Assembly (NCBI GenBank): GCA_963766795.1
Contig: CAVYBN010000007.1
Coordinates: 54,389-118,388, forward strand
DNA length: 64,000 nucleotides
From: Candidatus Parcubacteria bacterium
GTDB lineage: Bacteria > Patescibacteriota > Minisyncoccia > Phycocordibacterales > PALSA-1337
Direction: 5' to 3'
In this document: positions 42,203 through 51,368 of the stretch, piece by piece
Position numbering within the stretch: position 1 is the stretch's first letter
Layout: every line of letters begins with the position of its first letter
Position numbers and translations under genes: made by a program
Notes under the pieces: model-generated
Database searches by the model: none
What the model was told of the DNA's origin: nothing
The model's input: the letters and a program-made list of their open reading frames with translations, nothing else

Positions 42203-43252
42203 TCAAGAAGCCCGACGGGTGAATATCCAGTATTTATATACAAAAAAGCTGCCGAGCGCAACCAAGCCGGCGGCAATGACTTGAGAGAGGATGTACCACA
42301 AGCCGAAAGCGTCGGTGAAGATGTAAACCAAGAGCGTATTCACGCACAGATTGAAAATCGAAACGCCGAGGTATTTGCCGGCTTGGCGGTGCATGCCGTC
42401 GGTGGCGCGATCTCTGAATGTCCAGAATTTTTGCAGGAAGAAGCTGACTCCGAAAGCGATGATGAAAGCGACCACGGCCGAGGCGAGGTACCACAGGCCG
42501 GCGAATCTCGTGAACGCGTACAGCAAGCCGATATCCACCGCAGCAGCAGTGCCGCCGGAGACGAGGTATCGGAATATCTGCTGGCGATGCGACCATAGGC
42601 CAGCCAATCGCGGCGAGATCTTGCCGAGCCGCAGGCCGAAGTTGTGTGTTTTGGTGGACATGAATGATTTGAGACGATAGCTTGGCGAGCCGGACTTGGC
42701 ATTGAAGATGTAGAATCTCTTAGCTCCGAAGCCTTCTTTGAAATGATTGTGTGAATCATCACTGATCGTTGAAGGACCGAGATCGAGCCAGTGGATGCCC
42801 TTTTCAATCGACCATTTGACCAGTTCGTCATAAAGGCGGTCATTCACGGCATGGTCCCAATAAGAAGGATCGGAGATATTGAACATCAGCAAGGCGTATT
42901 CGCTTGAAACCAAACAATAATTCACACCAACCAATTTACCAGGCTTCGATTCGTTAGCATTCGATCCGCCGCCTTTCAATTCCTCGCCGCGGTCGAACAA
43001 CGAAATCGTCACCACGCTTTCACTAAAAGCTTTTTCAAGGTCTGCGAACCATTCACGGCTTCTTGGCTTGCTTTTCAAGCGTTCCATTGATATTGAATAC
43101 AATGCATAGAAATCTTTCGGAACTGCGCCGATCTTCAAAGTGAATAAATTCTTATAAGATTTCCTGACCAGATTCCGCGTCTTGCCTTCATAAAGACCGA
43201 AGCGCTTTTCAGGATCATTCACGCCTTTCAAATCAAGCGCGTAATTAATCAT
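42203..43252 (-). CDS. FemAB/Acetyltransf_6-like (GNAT-fold) domain fused to a C-terminal GtrA-family 4-TM domain. The start is reassigned to MINYAL.
   Basis: The first 69 called codons are Ser/Arg-rich nonsense overlapping the upstream ORF. The GNAT-like core (WDHAVNDRLYDELVKWSIEKGIHWLDLGPS) is followed by a GtrA signature (VSGGTAAAVDIGLLYAFTRFAGLWYLASAVVAFIIAFGVSFFLQKFWTF). Confidence 0.5.
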   Translation of the reverse strand: MINYALDLKGVNDPEKRFGLYEGKTRNLVRKSYKNLFTLKIGAVPKDFYALYSISMERLKSKPRSREWFADLEKAFSESVVTISLFDRGEELKGGGSNANESKPGKLVGVNYCLVSSEYALLMFNISDPSYWDHAVNDRLYDELVKWSIEKGIHWLDLGPSTISDDSHNHFKEGFGAKRFYIFNAKSGSPSYRLKSFMSTKTHNFGLRLGKISPRLAGLWSHRQQIFRYLVSGGTAAAVDIGLLYAFTRFAGLWYLASAVVAFIIAFGVSFFLQKFWTFRDRATDGMHRQAGKYLGVSIFNLCVNTLLVYIFTDAFGLWYILSQVIAAGLVALGSFFVYKYWIFTRRAS

Positions 43253-43517
43253 TCGAGTTCCCGGATTGAACGGGACTGAAACTGTTGAACTGAACATTCT
43301 TATAGCGGTTCTTGATTGAGTTAATCGCTGATTCGAATTCAACCGGCTTCGCTTCGAATGCCAGCGAATAGAACCATTTGAAACCGCCGGCGAAATATTC
43401 CTTGCCATCGGTGAAGACAGGAATAGCGGAATGGTCGCCATTAACCGGCGCGACGCCATAAGCGTTTTTCAGATAATCGAGCGTCTTCTGCTCTTTAATG
43501 AGGCCAGTGATATGCAT
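43245..43517 (-). CDS. Small protein (90 aa) overlapping the FemAB::GtrA start by 8 nt (ATGATTAA). It may be the detached N-terminal lobe of the FemAB-like domain.
   Basis: Protein-like translation (MHITGLIKEQKTLDYLKNAYGVAPVNGDHSAIPVFTDGKEYFAGGFKWFYSLAFEAK...). Its frame differs by one from the downstream gene. Confidence 0.4.
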   Translation of the reverse strand: MHITGLIKEQKTLDYLKNAYGVAPVNGDHSAIPVFTDGKEYFAGGFKWFYSLAFEAKPVEFESAINSIKNRYKNVQFNSFSPVQSGNSND

Positions 43518-43518
43518 G

Positions 43519-44379
43519 TTATTTCTTCCTTCGAAGCAGTCTTTTAATGGCTAGGTATCGGCGTGATTTGGCTACTTTGCACTTGAATTCAGCCATTGAA
43601 GTAGTCGCAGAAATCGCCATGCGCGGCAATTCCAAAGGATTCACCTGCGAACCATTCGACTGCGGCTCGATGATCTTTTCTTTAACAGTGACCGCCGATT
43701 GGAATCGAAGCGAGGAAACGATCTCAATCGTCTCATTTGAGTACTTGCCATACGGATACGCAAAACAAACAACAGGTTTTCCAGTGATGCCTTCGATCAT
43801 TTGTTTCGATTGCGATATGTCTTTCAACGCGTCTTCCCTGTTCATGTCTCTCAAAATACCGTGCGAATGCCCGTGCGGCATGATCTCGACCAAGCCTCCG
43901 TTCGAAAGCTCTCTGATTTGGTCGATGTCCATGACAGACAGAGAAGAAGCAACGATTGGAGTCGAGCTGCCCGCATTGAGATTGACGGCATCGGCGCTGG
44001 CGGTAGCTGGCAAATCGCCTTTTTTCAAGGTGAATTCTTTTCCGATGTATGCCGTTGAAATAAATATCGTGGCTGGAGTCGAATGCTTTTTGAGTATCGG
44101 CAAGGCTTCATTGAAATTATCCTCATATCCATCATCGAATGTGACTGCGACGGCATTCACTGGCAAAGTACCTGATCTCAATCGTGAGGCGAATTCGGAG
44201 AGCCTCAAGCATTCGCGGCCTGACGATTTCAAGAATGACATTTGTTTTTCAAACTCTTCCGGAGTGACTGTGAATTGCGCGCGATTGTGGCCTATCGAGT
44301 GGTACATCAAGATCACGGGCGCCGGATCGCCGGCTGGCGCGAAAACTGAAATTATTTTCCAGAAGATATTTTTAATCAT
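43519..44379 (-). CDS. Polysaccharide deacetylase (CE4, NodB homology domain)
   Basis: VAVTFDDGYEDNF (motif 1, TFDDG), MPHGHSHGIL (His motif), CFAYPYG. Confidence 0.85.
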   Translation of the reverse strand: MIKNIFWKIISVFAPAGDPAPVILMYHSIGHNRAQFTVTPEEFEKQMSFLKSSGRECLRLSEFASRLRSGTLPVNAVAVTFDDGYEDNFNEALPILKKHSTPATIFISTAYIGKEFTLKKGDLPATASADAVNLNAGSSTPIVASSLSVMDIDQIRELSNGGLVEIMPHGHSHGILRDMNREDALKDISQSKQMIEGITGKPVVCFAYPYGKYSNETIEIVSSLRFQSAVTVKEKIIEPQSNGSQVNPLELPRMAISATTSMAEFKCKVAKSRRYLAIKRLLRRKK

Positions 44380-44439
44380 GACGGCATTTTATTTGTAACC
44401 AAAACTTTGCACTTTGCATTTTGCACTTCTCATTTATTG

Positions 44440-45084
44440 TTAGCCTGCAATCGGCTCCAGTGTGAAGAAATGATGGTACTGATTCTCGAACGGCACGAAT
44501 TCGCGACGGATGATGAAATGCTGTTTAATAGCTTTTCTGATCGTAGCCGGAGAATATCCCTTCTTGCCGATCTCCCAATAGTGCTGGCCATTCCAAGAAT
44601 GTTGCCGAGGAAATGGAGCTTTAAAAGCGAACTTGATCTCCGGAACAAACGGTAATTTGAGCAGGAATCTAAAAGCCGGACCGAAATGCGGCAAGCTGAT
44701 GACTGCCCCATTCTTAGCCACGCGGGCGATCTCTGCCAATGCATGCGGGAATTTCTCGAACGGGAGATGTTCGAGGACTTCGAAGACGCAAACGACATCG
44801 AAAGACTTATCTGGAAAAGGCAGGGCTTCGGCGCTACCGACCACGTCCGGATTTAAATCAGCGGCGATATCCAAGCTCGTATATTCGATATCCGTATTAT
44901 TCTTTATGAAACTGCAAAAAACGCGGTCGCCGACGCCGATCTCCAGGATCGAGCGCGGCTGGAAAGCCATGGCCTCATCGAGCTGATGGAAATAGCTCGC
45001 CCAGCGCTCCGGCCGCGCGTAGGCCTTGAGATCATAAGCTTTCTTGTCGACCTGCTTGCTTTGCACGATTTTGGGGAATCGCAT
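44440..45084 (-). CDS. Class-I SAM-dependent methyltransferase
   Basis: ILEIGVGDRVF ... FDVVCVFEVLEHLP. Confidence 0.75.
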   Translation of the reverse strand: MRFPKIVQSKQVDKKAYDLKAYARPERWASYFHQLDEAMAFQPRSILEIGVGDRVFCSFIKNNTDIEYTSLDIAADLNPDVVGSAEALPFPDKSFDVVCVFEVLEHLPFEKFPHALAEIARVAKNGAVISLPHFGPAFRFLLKLPFVPEIKFAFKAPFPRQHSWNGQHYWEIGKKGYSPATIRKAIKQHFIIRREFVPFENQYHHFFTLEPIAG

Positions 45085-45088
45085 GTGA

Positions 45089-46318
45089 TTATCCTAGCAT
45101 GACCTCGCTCAACTTTCTTACGACCGTCCTGACGTCGAAATCAGCTCGGGCTTTGTCTTTCAGATAAGCAGCGATTGTCGTGCGATCAGTCTGCCACAAG
45201 GCCTTGATCTTGTCTGACAAATCCAACGGATCTTGGAATTTGAAGATGAGCTTATCCGCGTACTGGCCAAAAACAGCCTTAAATGCCTCATTTGAAACTA
45301 ACGGCAGACAGCCGGCGGCCATGCCTTCCAATACGACTTTATCGATGCCACCGGTCGGCGTCAGATTTATATTAAAATCATTGCCAAGATAATAAGCCGC
45401 TATCTCTGATTGCGGCACGGCGTGATTGAAATGCACCCTGTCTTGCAATCCCTTAGACTTGACCGATTCCTTGAGCTCATTGAAATATGAATCATCATCA
45501 GCCGTCACCGGCGAACCGACGATATCGCAATGAACTTCAGTTCTTTCGCGTCTCAACAGGCCGACTGCTTCAATCAGCGTCTCCAAATTCTTGATGCGCG
45601 TGATTCGGCCGATGCTCACTAAGCGCAAATTTTGATGAGAATGAGAGAGGGGCGCGTCATGCCCATGAAGGACATTGCCAACAGAATGAATGCCAGGCGA
45701 ATCAGAAAGGGGGAACAGTCCTGAATGGGCATGACGCGCCCCTCGAGCAAAGCTTTCAACGTCGATCCCGTGGCCGATAATATGGAGTTTTTTAGTCTTC
45801 AGCCCGAAGCTCTCCGGAGCGGCCGTGAATATCTCGTCGGAAAGGCAAGCGGCGAGCCTCAATTGGAGATGCACGGCGCGATGCGTGTACCACAGCCCGA
45901 TCTTCTTATTCCACGCTTTCCATAATAGGCCGCCAAGGATGACGTATATCTGATTCATGTGCACGAAGACGGCGTCGTAATTATTTCGCTCGCGGCAAAT
46001 GATCGAGATGAAGCGTGCAGCGTATCGAAGCCGGTCACTGAAGCTTGAAGCTAGAAGCTGGGAGCTAGGAGCTTGAAAAGTATCAGCTTCAAATTTTGAT
46101 TTTTGACTTGCAATTTTGCCTTTTGCCTTTTGCCTTTTGACTTTTTCCTTGCCGAGCGACAGCACGCGCACATTTGCCGGCAATTCGTGCTTACCTTCTT
46201 CAAGGCATACTACGATGACCGAATCGAAATGCTTGGTGAATTCTATGATCCAGCCATGAAAAAAACCGAGGATAGGGTCGTCGCGATCGACTTTTTGAGT
46301 GCAGATTAAGAGACGCAT
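45089..46318 (-). CDS. GT4-family glycosyltransferase carrying two in-frame repeat insertions (a Family-D element and an agctgggagct-type element)
   Basis: GGIDKVVLEGMAAGCLPLVSN. The inserted peptides are QKAKGKIASQKSKFEADTFQAPSSQLLASSFS (46040-46150) and a segment spanning 45646-45743. Confidence 0.8.
   Translation of the reverse strand: MRLLICTQKVDRDDPILGFFHGWIIEFTKHFDSVIVVCLEEGKHELPANVRVLSLGKEKVKRQKAKGKIASQKSKFEADTFQAPSSQLLASSFSDRLRYAARFISIICRERNNYDAVFVHMNQIYVILGGLLWKAWNKKIGLWYTHRAVHLQLRLAACLSDEIFTAAPESFGLKTKKLHIIGHGIDVESFARGARHAHSGLFPLSDSPGIHSVGNVLHGHDAPLSHSHQNLRLVSIGRITRIKNLETLIEAVGLLRRERTEVHCDIVGSPVTADDDSYFNELKESVKSKGLQDRVHFNHAVPQSEIAAYYLGNDFNINLTPTGGIDKVVLEGMAAGCLPLVSNEAFKAVFGQYADKLIFKFQDPLDLSDKIKALWQTDRTTIAAYLKDKARADFDVRTVVRKLSEVMLG
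45646..45743. repeat. Family-D MITE-like element with 18-bp terminal inverted repeats, in frame inside a GT4 gene
   Basis: gaggggcgcgtcatgccc ... gggcatgacgcgcccctc. The internal sequence aligns with 56977-57076. Confidence 0.75.
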
Positions 46319-46321
46319 ATC

Positions 46322-47188
46322 TTATTTCTTTGATCGGCGTGGGATTTCTGCGCCGTAAACGCCCTTTAATAGGTCGAGATCCTTCTTGGACGATTTCAAT
46401 AATTCCACATTCTTGTCGCGAATGGCTTCAAGAACCATGAGGCCTGCCTTATCTTTCATCCTCTCTCCAAAGAATCGCGTGAAGGCCTCGAAGTCTTTGA
46501 TGAAACAGTGGCCGCCAGCGCCGCGACCGCTCTTATGGACCGGATTCAGATAACGGTGCGAGGAGATCATTGGATCGGCACGGAAGGAGGCCATGAGCAT
46601 ATCCCAATCCATAGCATGCCTATGAGCGATGTCATAGAGCATGTTCGAGAAGACGACTGAAATGTATCCGTGGATGTTGTGCGCATATTTGATGAACTCT
46701 GCTTCGTCAGACGAACAAATGAGACTGTACGGGGCATGCGGCAGAATTGATAGCACGCGTTTGGCAGCGACGCGATGAGCCGCATCATTCTTCGGCATGC
46801 CGACGATATTACGATCGGGATTGGCGGCGTCTTGCGCGGCAGTCCTTTCTGACAAGAATTCCGGCGAATCAAGGACGATGCGATCCGGGTAGGCCTTTTG
46901 GATCGCGCGAGTCGTGCCCATGATGAGCGTGGATTTGATGACAGCGATCTTGCCTTTTCCCACGAGCTTGACGGCACTTTTGACAATGCTCGAATCAAAG
47001 CCCTTGGGTGTGGTCGGAGTCGGTACAGCGATGAATACCACGTCACAGCCTGAAATCAAGCGTTTATTGCCCTTATAGGCTTTTTCCAGGCCATATCTGA
47101 CGGTTTTATAGCCGCGTTTTTCGAAATCGTCGGCATAATTCCTGCCGATCCAGCCTTGGCCGATGAAGCCGATCGTTGGTTTTTTCAT
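46322..47188 (-). CDS. UDP-glucose/GDP-mannose dehydrogenase-family protein, short form (288 aa, NAD-binding plus central domain only)
   Basis: IGFIGQGWIG Rossmann motif, VVFIAVPTP and SPEFLSE resemble UGDH family motifs. It lacks about 120 C-terminal residues of canonical UGDH. Confidence 0.55.
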   Translation of the reverse strand: MKKPTIGFIGQGWIGRNYADDFEKRGYKTVRYGLEKAYKGNKRLISGCDVVFIAVPTPTTPKGFDSSIVKSAVKLVGKGKIAVIKSTLIMGTTRAIQKAYPDRIVLDSPEFLSERTAAQDAANPDRNIVGMPKNDAAHRVAAKRVLSILPHAPYSLICSSDEAEFIKYAHNIHGYISVVFSNMLYDIAHRHAMDWDMLMASFRADPMISSHRYLNPVHKSGRGAGGHCFIKDFEAFTRFFGERMKDKAGLMVLEAIRDKNVELLKSSKKDLDLLKGVYGAEIPRRSKK

Positions 47189-47283
47189 GGGTGAATACTA
47201 CCTAAAATAGGCCTTTGATTCAAGAGATTTGATTGGCCGGCGAGGATTACGATTGAGGACCGGAGATCGTACGCTGCCGCATA

Positions 47284-48492
47284 TCAATGTTGCATGCCGA
47301 TCGCCTCAGTAATGGCTTCAGCTACCCTTTCTGATTCCGGCTCAACAATGATGGCTCCGACTTCACCGGCGACTCCGACATCCGTTGAAACGATCTTGCA
47401 TCCGGCGGCTTGAGCTTCGACTAATGACATTCCATAGCCTTCGAATAAGGAAACATTTAAGAACAAGTCGGCGGTCTTGTAATACGAGATCAGCGTGGTT
47501 TTGTCGGCCCAATCTTCGAAGACGACCGACTCACCGGCTTGTGGCTCTCCGCCAGCTGGCGGACCACCATTTGAGCCACGATCATCGCCAGTTCCAATCA
47601 ATCCCAATTGTTTTGCGATCCCTCTGAGCTTCGCCTCCTGCGAACCGCGGCCGACAATGACAAGCCCGGCCTTCGGAATCTTCTTAACGACTTCCTTGAA
47701 AGCCTCGATCGCCATGCCGATGTTCTTCTCTGGTTCCAACCGCGAAGCCATCAAAATGATCTTTTTGAATTGCGGATATTTCTTGCGCAGATCAGCGTTT
47801 GAATCGATTGGTATACTCTTAATCGAATCAGTGTCGACAGCGATCGGCCTGACTGCGATCTTAGTCGAATCGATCCCGACGGTTTCAACCAGATATTTTT
47901 TGATCCTATCTGAAACGACGCGGATAGAATCAGCTTTGCGCACATACGACAGCGCCAGAGCTTTGCGGATCTTATTGGTTAGATTGAACGGATAATAAGG
48001 GCTGCCGATGTCCTCATGGATCTGGATCTCCAATGGCAAGTTGAATCGCTTCTTTAGAGAAACTCCGGCCATGGCCGTCAACGAAGCGTCTTGGCAAGTC
48101 ATCTCCGTGATGCCGCGCTTCTCGATGATGAATCTGCCGAGGCTGATCGCGTCGAAAGGATACAATGATTTGAATCGAGAGCGCGTGGAGTATGCCCAGC
48201 AGTTGGGAGAAATAACGGATTCAGAATTTATGATTTTCAAACTGTCACCCCCGCGAAGGCGGGGGTCCAGTGTATTACCACTGACATAATCGTTGTGACC
48301 CTGGATTCCCGCTTTCGCGGGAATGACACAAAAATTTCGTCTTGCAAAGACGATGATGTGAACTTCACCCCAATCTTTGGCATATGCGATCTGTCGCGCA
48401 CGCACAGAACTGCCCTCTTCAAAGATAGACCGATCAGTCGAGATCATCAGCAATCTTCGATTGGTCTTGGTTGTGGACTGATTGGGAGGCAT
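47284..48492 (-). CDS. GT4-family glycosyltransferase with an in-frame Family-A insertion
   Basis: LFEGYGMSLVEAQAAGCKIVSTDVG. Insertion VIPAKAGIQGHNDYVSGNTLDPRLRGGDS. Confidence 0.85.
   Translation of the reverse strand: MPPNQSTTKTNRRLLMISTDRSIFEEGSSVRARQIAYAKDWGEVHIIVFARRNFCVIPAKAGIQGHNDYVSGNTLDPRLRGGDSLKIINSESVISPNCWAYSTRSRFKSLYPFDAISLGRFIIEKRGITEMTCQDASLTAMAGVSLKKRFNLPLEIQIHEDIGSPYYPFNLTNKIRKALALSYVRKADSIRVVSDRIKKYLVETVGIDSTKIAVRPIAVDTDSIKSIPIDSNADLRKKYPQFKKIILMASRLEPEKNIGMAIEAFKEVVKKIPKAGLVIVGRGSQEAKLRGIAKQLGLIGTGDDRGSNGGPPAGGEPQAGESVVFEDWADKTTLISYYKTADLFLNVSLFEGYGMSLVEAQAAGCKIVSTDVGVAGEVGAIIVEPESERVAEAITEAIGMQH
48244..48327. repeat. Family-A palindromic element, in frame in the GT4 gene
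   Basis: gtcacccccgcgaaggcgggggtccag ... ctggattcccgctttcgcgggaatgac. Confidence 0.85.
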
Positions 48493-48621
48493 GATAATCA
48501 GGTAATTTTTAATTTTTCAATTTTTAATTTTTAAATAATGATCAAATGATCGAATTTCCAATGAAAAATTAGGACATTAAAAATTATTTAAAAATTCAAA
48601 AATTAATAATTCAAAAATTGT

Positions 48622-49674
48622 TTAACGCTCCATGGCGTCTTTCTTGCGTTGCTTTCGAACCCGCTTCCAGACACTGACGATCTCGCTCCCTATCTCTTCC
48701 CAAGTGTGGACGAACTTGAATGCACGGACATTATCGGCTTGGGCGGCGCGATTGGCTGGATCTGACAGCCAGACGATCTTGTCAGAAATATCCTTCGGAT
48801 CCTGCGGGTCAACGAATACGGCGCATTCACGGACTCGATCGGCGATGCCGGTCTCCTTCGTCAAGATGAAAGGCGTGCCGACGCGGATGGCATCAAAGAT
48901 GAGATTCGGGCTGATATCGCCGAGCGAAGCCAAGATGACCGCGTACGAGCGGTGGATCTTCTCGACGAAGCTGTCATAGACGGCCTTGCCGCAATCGAGC
49001 TCGATGTCGTCAAGGCCGCGGCGCCCGAGCGTGGCGCGAGCGTCCGCGAAGGCATCCTTCAGGAGGTCGACGTTCTTCCATTTGAGCGGACGGGTGCCGG
49101 CCACGAACATGCGGTTCTCCGGCTCGACTGGCTTTTCGCGCGGACCGCAGAAGTTCTCGACGAGAAAGCTTTTCCTGTGATCGAGCCCGTAAGCCTTCTC
49201 GAATATGCCCATCTGCCAGTCTGTGCTGAAGATGACCGCGGCCGCCTTGCGGAGAGCCGCGCCTCCCCATTTGAAGACAGGCTTCTCTTTGCCGGACAGC
49301 TTGTCCATCCTCGTCGCATATAAGTCCTTAAATAAGACGAGATCGCCTGTCCGTTCGACGTAAGTCTCCCACAGAAAATCTCCGCCGGTGCGGATGATAT
49401 ATCGCTTGCCCATCATCCTGCAGGCCCACATCGTCGGTACGGCCGCGCTCCAGGTGTCTAGGACGAGGATGAGATCGGCGTTCCAGCCTTTGCGCATGAC
49501 CTTGTTCATGTAAAGGACGTGGCGGATGCCGGGCGGCGCGGCGCGCTCCCAGCGGAAAGCCGCGACTTTGACCTGATGGCCCTGCTTGCGCCAGGTCTCA
49601 TAGAGATTGCGGGCATACTGGGCGGGGCCGCCGATGTCGGGCGGATATATGCCGGAGGCGATTAAAATCTTCAT
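48622..49674 (-). CDS. GT4-like glycosyltransferase
   Basis: The N-terminus ILIASGIYPPDIGGPAQYARNL is typical of the GT4 N-domain. The C-terminal motif is weaker. Confidence 0.65.
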   Translation of the reverse strand: MKILIASGIYPPDIGGPAQYARNLYETWRKQGHQVKVAAFRWERAAPPGIRHVLYMNKVMRKGWNADLILVLDTWSAAVPTMWACRMMGKRYIIRTGGDFLWETYVERTGDLVLFKDLYATRMDKLSGKEKPVFKWGGAALRKAAAVIFSTDWQMGIFEKAYGLDHRKSFLVENFCGPREKPVEPENRMFVAGTRPLKWKNVDLLKDAFADARATLGRRGLDDIELDCGKAVYDSFVEKIHRSYAVILASLGDISPNLIFDAIRVGTPFILTKETGIADRVRECAVFVDPQDPKDISDKIVWLSDPANRAAQADNVRAFKFVHTWEEIGSEIVSVWKRVRKQRKKDAMER

Positions 49675-50849
49675 TCTTTCAGTGTAGCAGAATCGAAGAC
49701 AGCTTTCATCTTATTCGCGATCGCCTTCCACTGGTACTTTTCCTCGACCATCTTCCTCGCATTTTTGACGATATATTCGCGCGACTCTTTGTCTTTCATG
49801 AGCTTCTCGACTTTCTGCGCGATCGAGCGCGTGTTGTCGACTTCGCAGAAGAGACCGGTCTCGCCGTCTTTCAAGAAATCCGGGATGCCGCCGACCGGCG
49901 TCGCGATGACGGGAATGCCAGCCGCCATAGCTTCCAAGAATGAGTTTCCGAGGCCTTCGGAGCGCGACGGGCGGATGAAGATGTCGGATGCTTTCAAATA
50001 AGCAGGCAGATTCGAGTGCGAAACAAAACCAATGAAGAGAACACGGTCAGATTCTTTCGAATTCAAACCGAGCTTGATCGCCTGCGCTTTCAAATCATTT
50101 TCAAGAGCGCCTGCGCCAAGGACAATCAATTTAATATTCGCCGGCAAGTATTGAAGCGCGCTCACGATATCGTCGACGGCGTTCTTGTGAACCAATCGCG
50201 AAGCTGTCACCAAGAAGACATCGTCGGCTTTTTTGCCAAGCTCCTCTTTTAAGGCCATGGCAATGGCCGTATTCTCGCTGGAAAATAGCCTGTAGTCGAC
50301 GCCATTCGGGATTATTTCAATTGGACAGGTCGCACCCATTTGTTTCGACCAATCGGCCAAAAAAGACGATATGGCCGTGATATGGTCAGCGCTCTTGAAG
50401 ATCTTGGCGAAGAGGAATTTGAATATGCCTTCGCGCCTCTCGAAATTATCGCCTTCTTGAATGGTCAGAACCATCGGCACTTTTGGATGGACGAGCTTGA
50501 ATAGGTACGCGGCAAAACCGGCATAGCTGGCCATGATCGGCCAGACCGCGTCGTACGGCTGTTTGCGATTCAAGCTCAAAGCCTTGAAGAAAGCCGCGAA
50601 TGGAAAAAGCAGTTTTGACAACGGCAATATCCTCGAGCTCTTTGTGTTGTGGCCGAACCACGGCGCGCCGACGCGGTAGACATTCACATTCCCGACGCGT
50701 TCAAAAACTGGCGCTTGCTTGCGCAGAGTGACCATGTCGAAAGCGCATTCACTGGGATCGATGCGGTCGGTGATCTCCTTCACGGCCACTTCCGCCCCGC
50801 CGACGTAGCGAGGGTAATAGGCCAGCGAGAATATGAGGATGCGGCGCAT
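49671..50849 (-). CDS. GT4-family glycosyltransferase
   Basis: FIRPSRSEGLGNSFLEAMAAGIPVIATPVGGIPDFL. Confidence 0.85.
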   Translation of the reverse strand: MRRILIFSLAYYPRYVGGAEVAVKEITDRIDPSECAFDMVTLRKQAPVFERVGNVNVYRVGAPWFGHNTKSSRILPLSKLLFPFAAFFKALSLNRKQPYDAVWPIMASYAGFAAYLFKLVHPKVPMVLTIQEGDNFERREGIFKFLFAKIFKSADHITAISSFLADWSKQMGATCPIEIIPNGVDYRLFSSENTAIAMALKEELGKKADDVFLVTASRLVHKNAVDDIVSALQYLPANIKLIVLGAGALENDLKAQAIKLGLNSKESDRVLFIGFVSHSNLPAYLKASDIFIRPSRSEGLGNSFLEAMAAGIPVIATPVGGIPDFLKDGETGLFCEVDNTRSIAQKVEKLMKDKESREYIVKNARKMVEEKYQWKAIANKMKAVFDSATLKE

Positions 50850-50942
50850 AGTACCAATAGTAAATAGTAAAGAGAAAATAGTAAATAGCTGGAAATTTTC
50901 TGATCTTTTTTACTATTTACTATTTCATATTTACTATCTCTT

Positions 50943-51242
50943 TTACTCCACTTTCAAGACCTTCTTCAGCACTTCTTCCGGCACTTCGCCGGGTTTGGCC
51001 GGTGAAGAAGCCGACGATTGAGATGCGGGCGCAGACGAAGAAGATGGGGCCGTTGATTTAGCTACAGGCGGAACCGATGCAGGTGAAGCTGGAACCATGG
51101 CAGCCGGATTCGAATCAGCGATCGGCATCAACGGATCTGACTTCAATGGTTGCGATTGCGGTGCTGGTGAAACGGCTGACGGTTTGGCCAGCGCGGCCGC
51201 GAGAGCGCTGCGGAGGTCGTTGACATTCTTAACCGTCGGCAC
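50943..51242 (-). CDS. Pro/Ala/Ser-rich low-complexity protein (99 aa). It may be the same gene as 51369..51779 in a shifted frame.
   Basis: Compositionally biased PASV-rich sequence ending ...EVPEEVLKKVLKVE. Confidence 0.3.
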   Translation of the reverse strand: MPTVKNVNDLRSALAAALAKPSAVSPAPQSQPLKSDPLMPIADSNPAAMVPASPASVPPVAKSTAPSSSSAPASQSSASSPAKPGEVPEEVLKKVLKVE

Positions 51243-51368
51243 TTTCGGATCTATGCGCGGCGCGGGCGGCTTTGGAGCCAGTGAAGAAAGAGAGACTGGC
51301 TTTGATGGCTCGACAGGCGACGATTGCGATGCAGTCGGAATGGAAGCCTTTGAATTGGAAGTTGGAGC

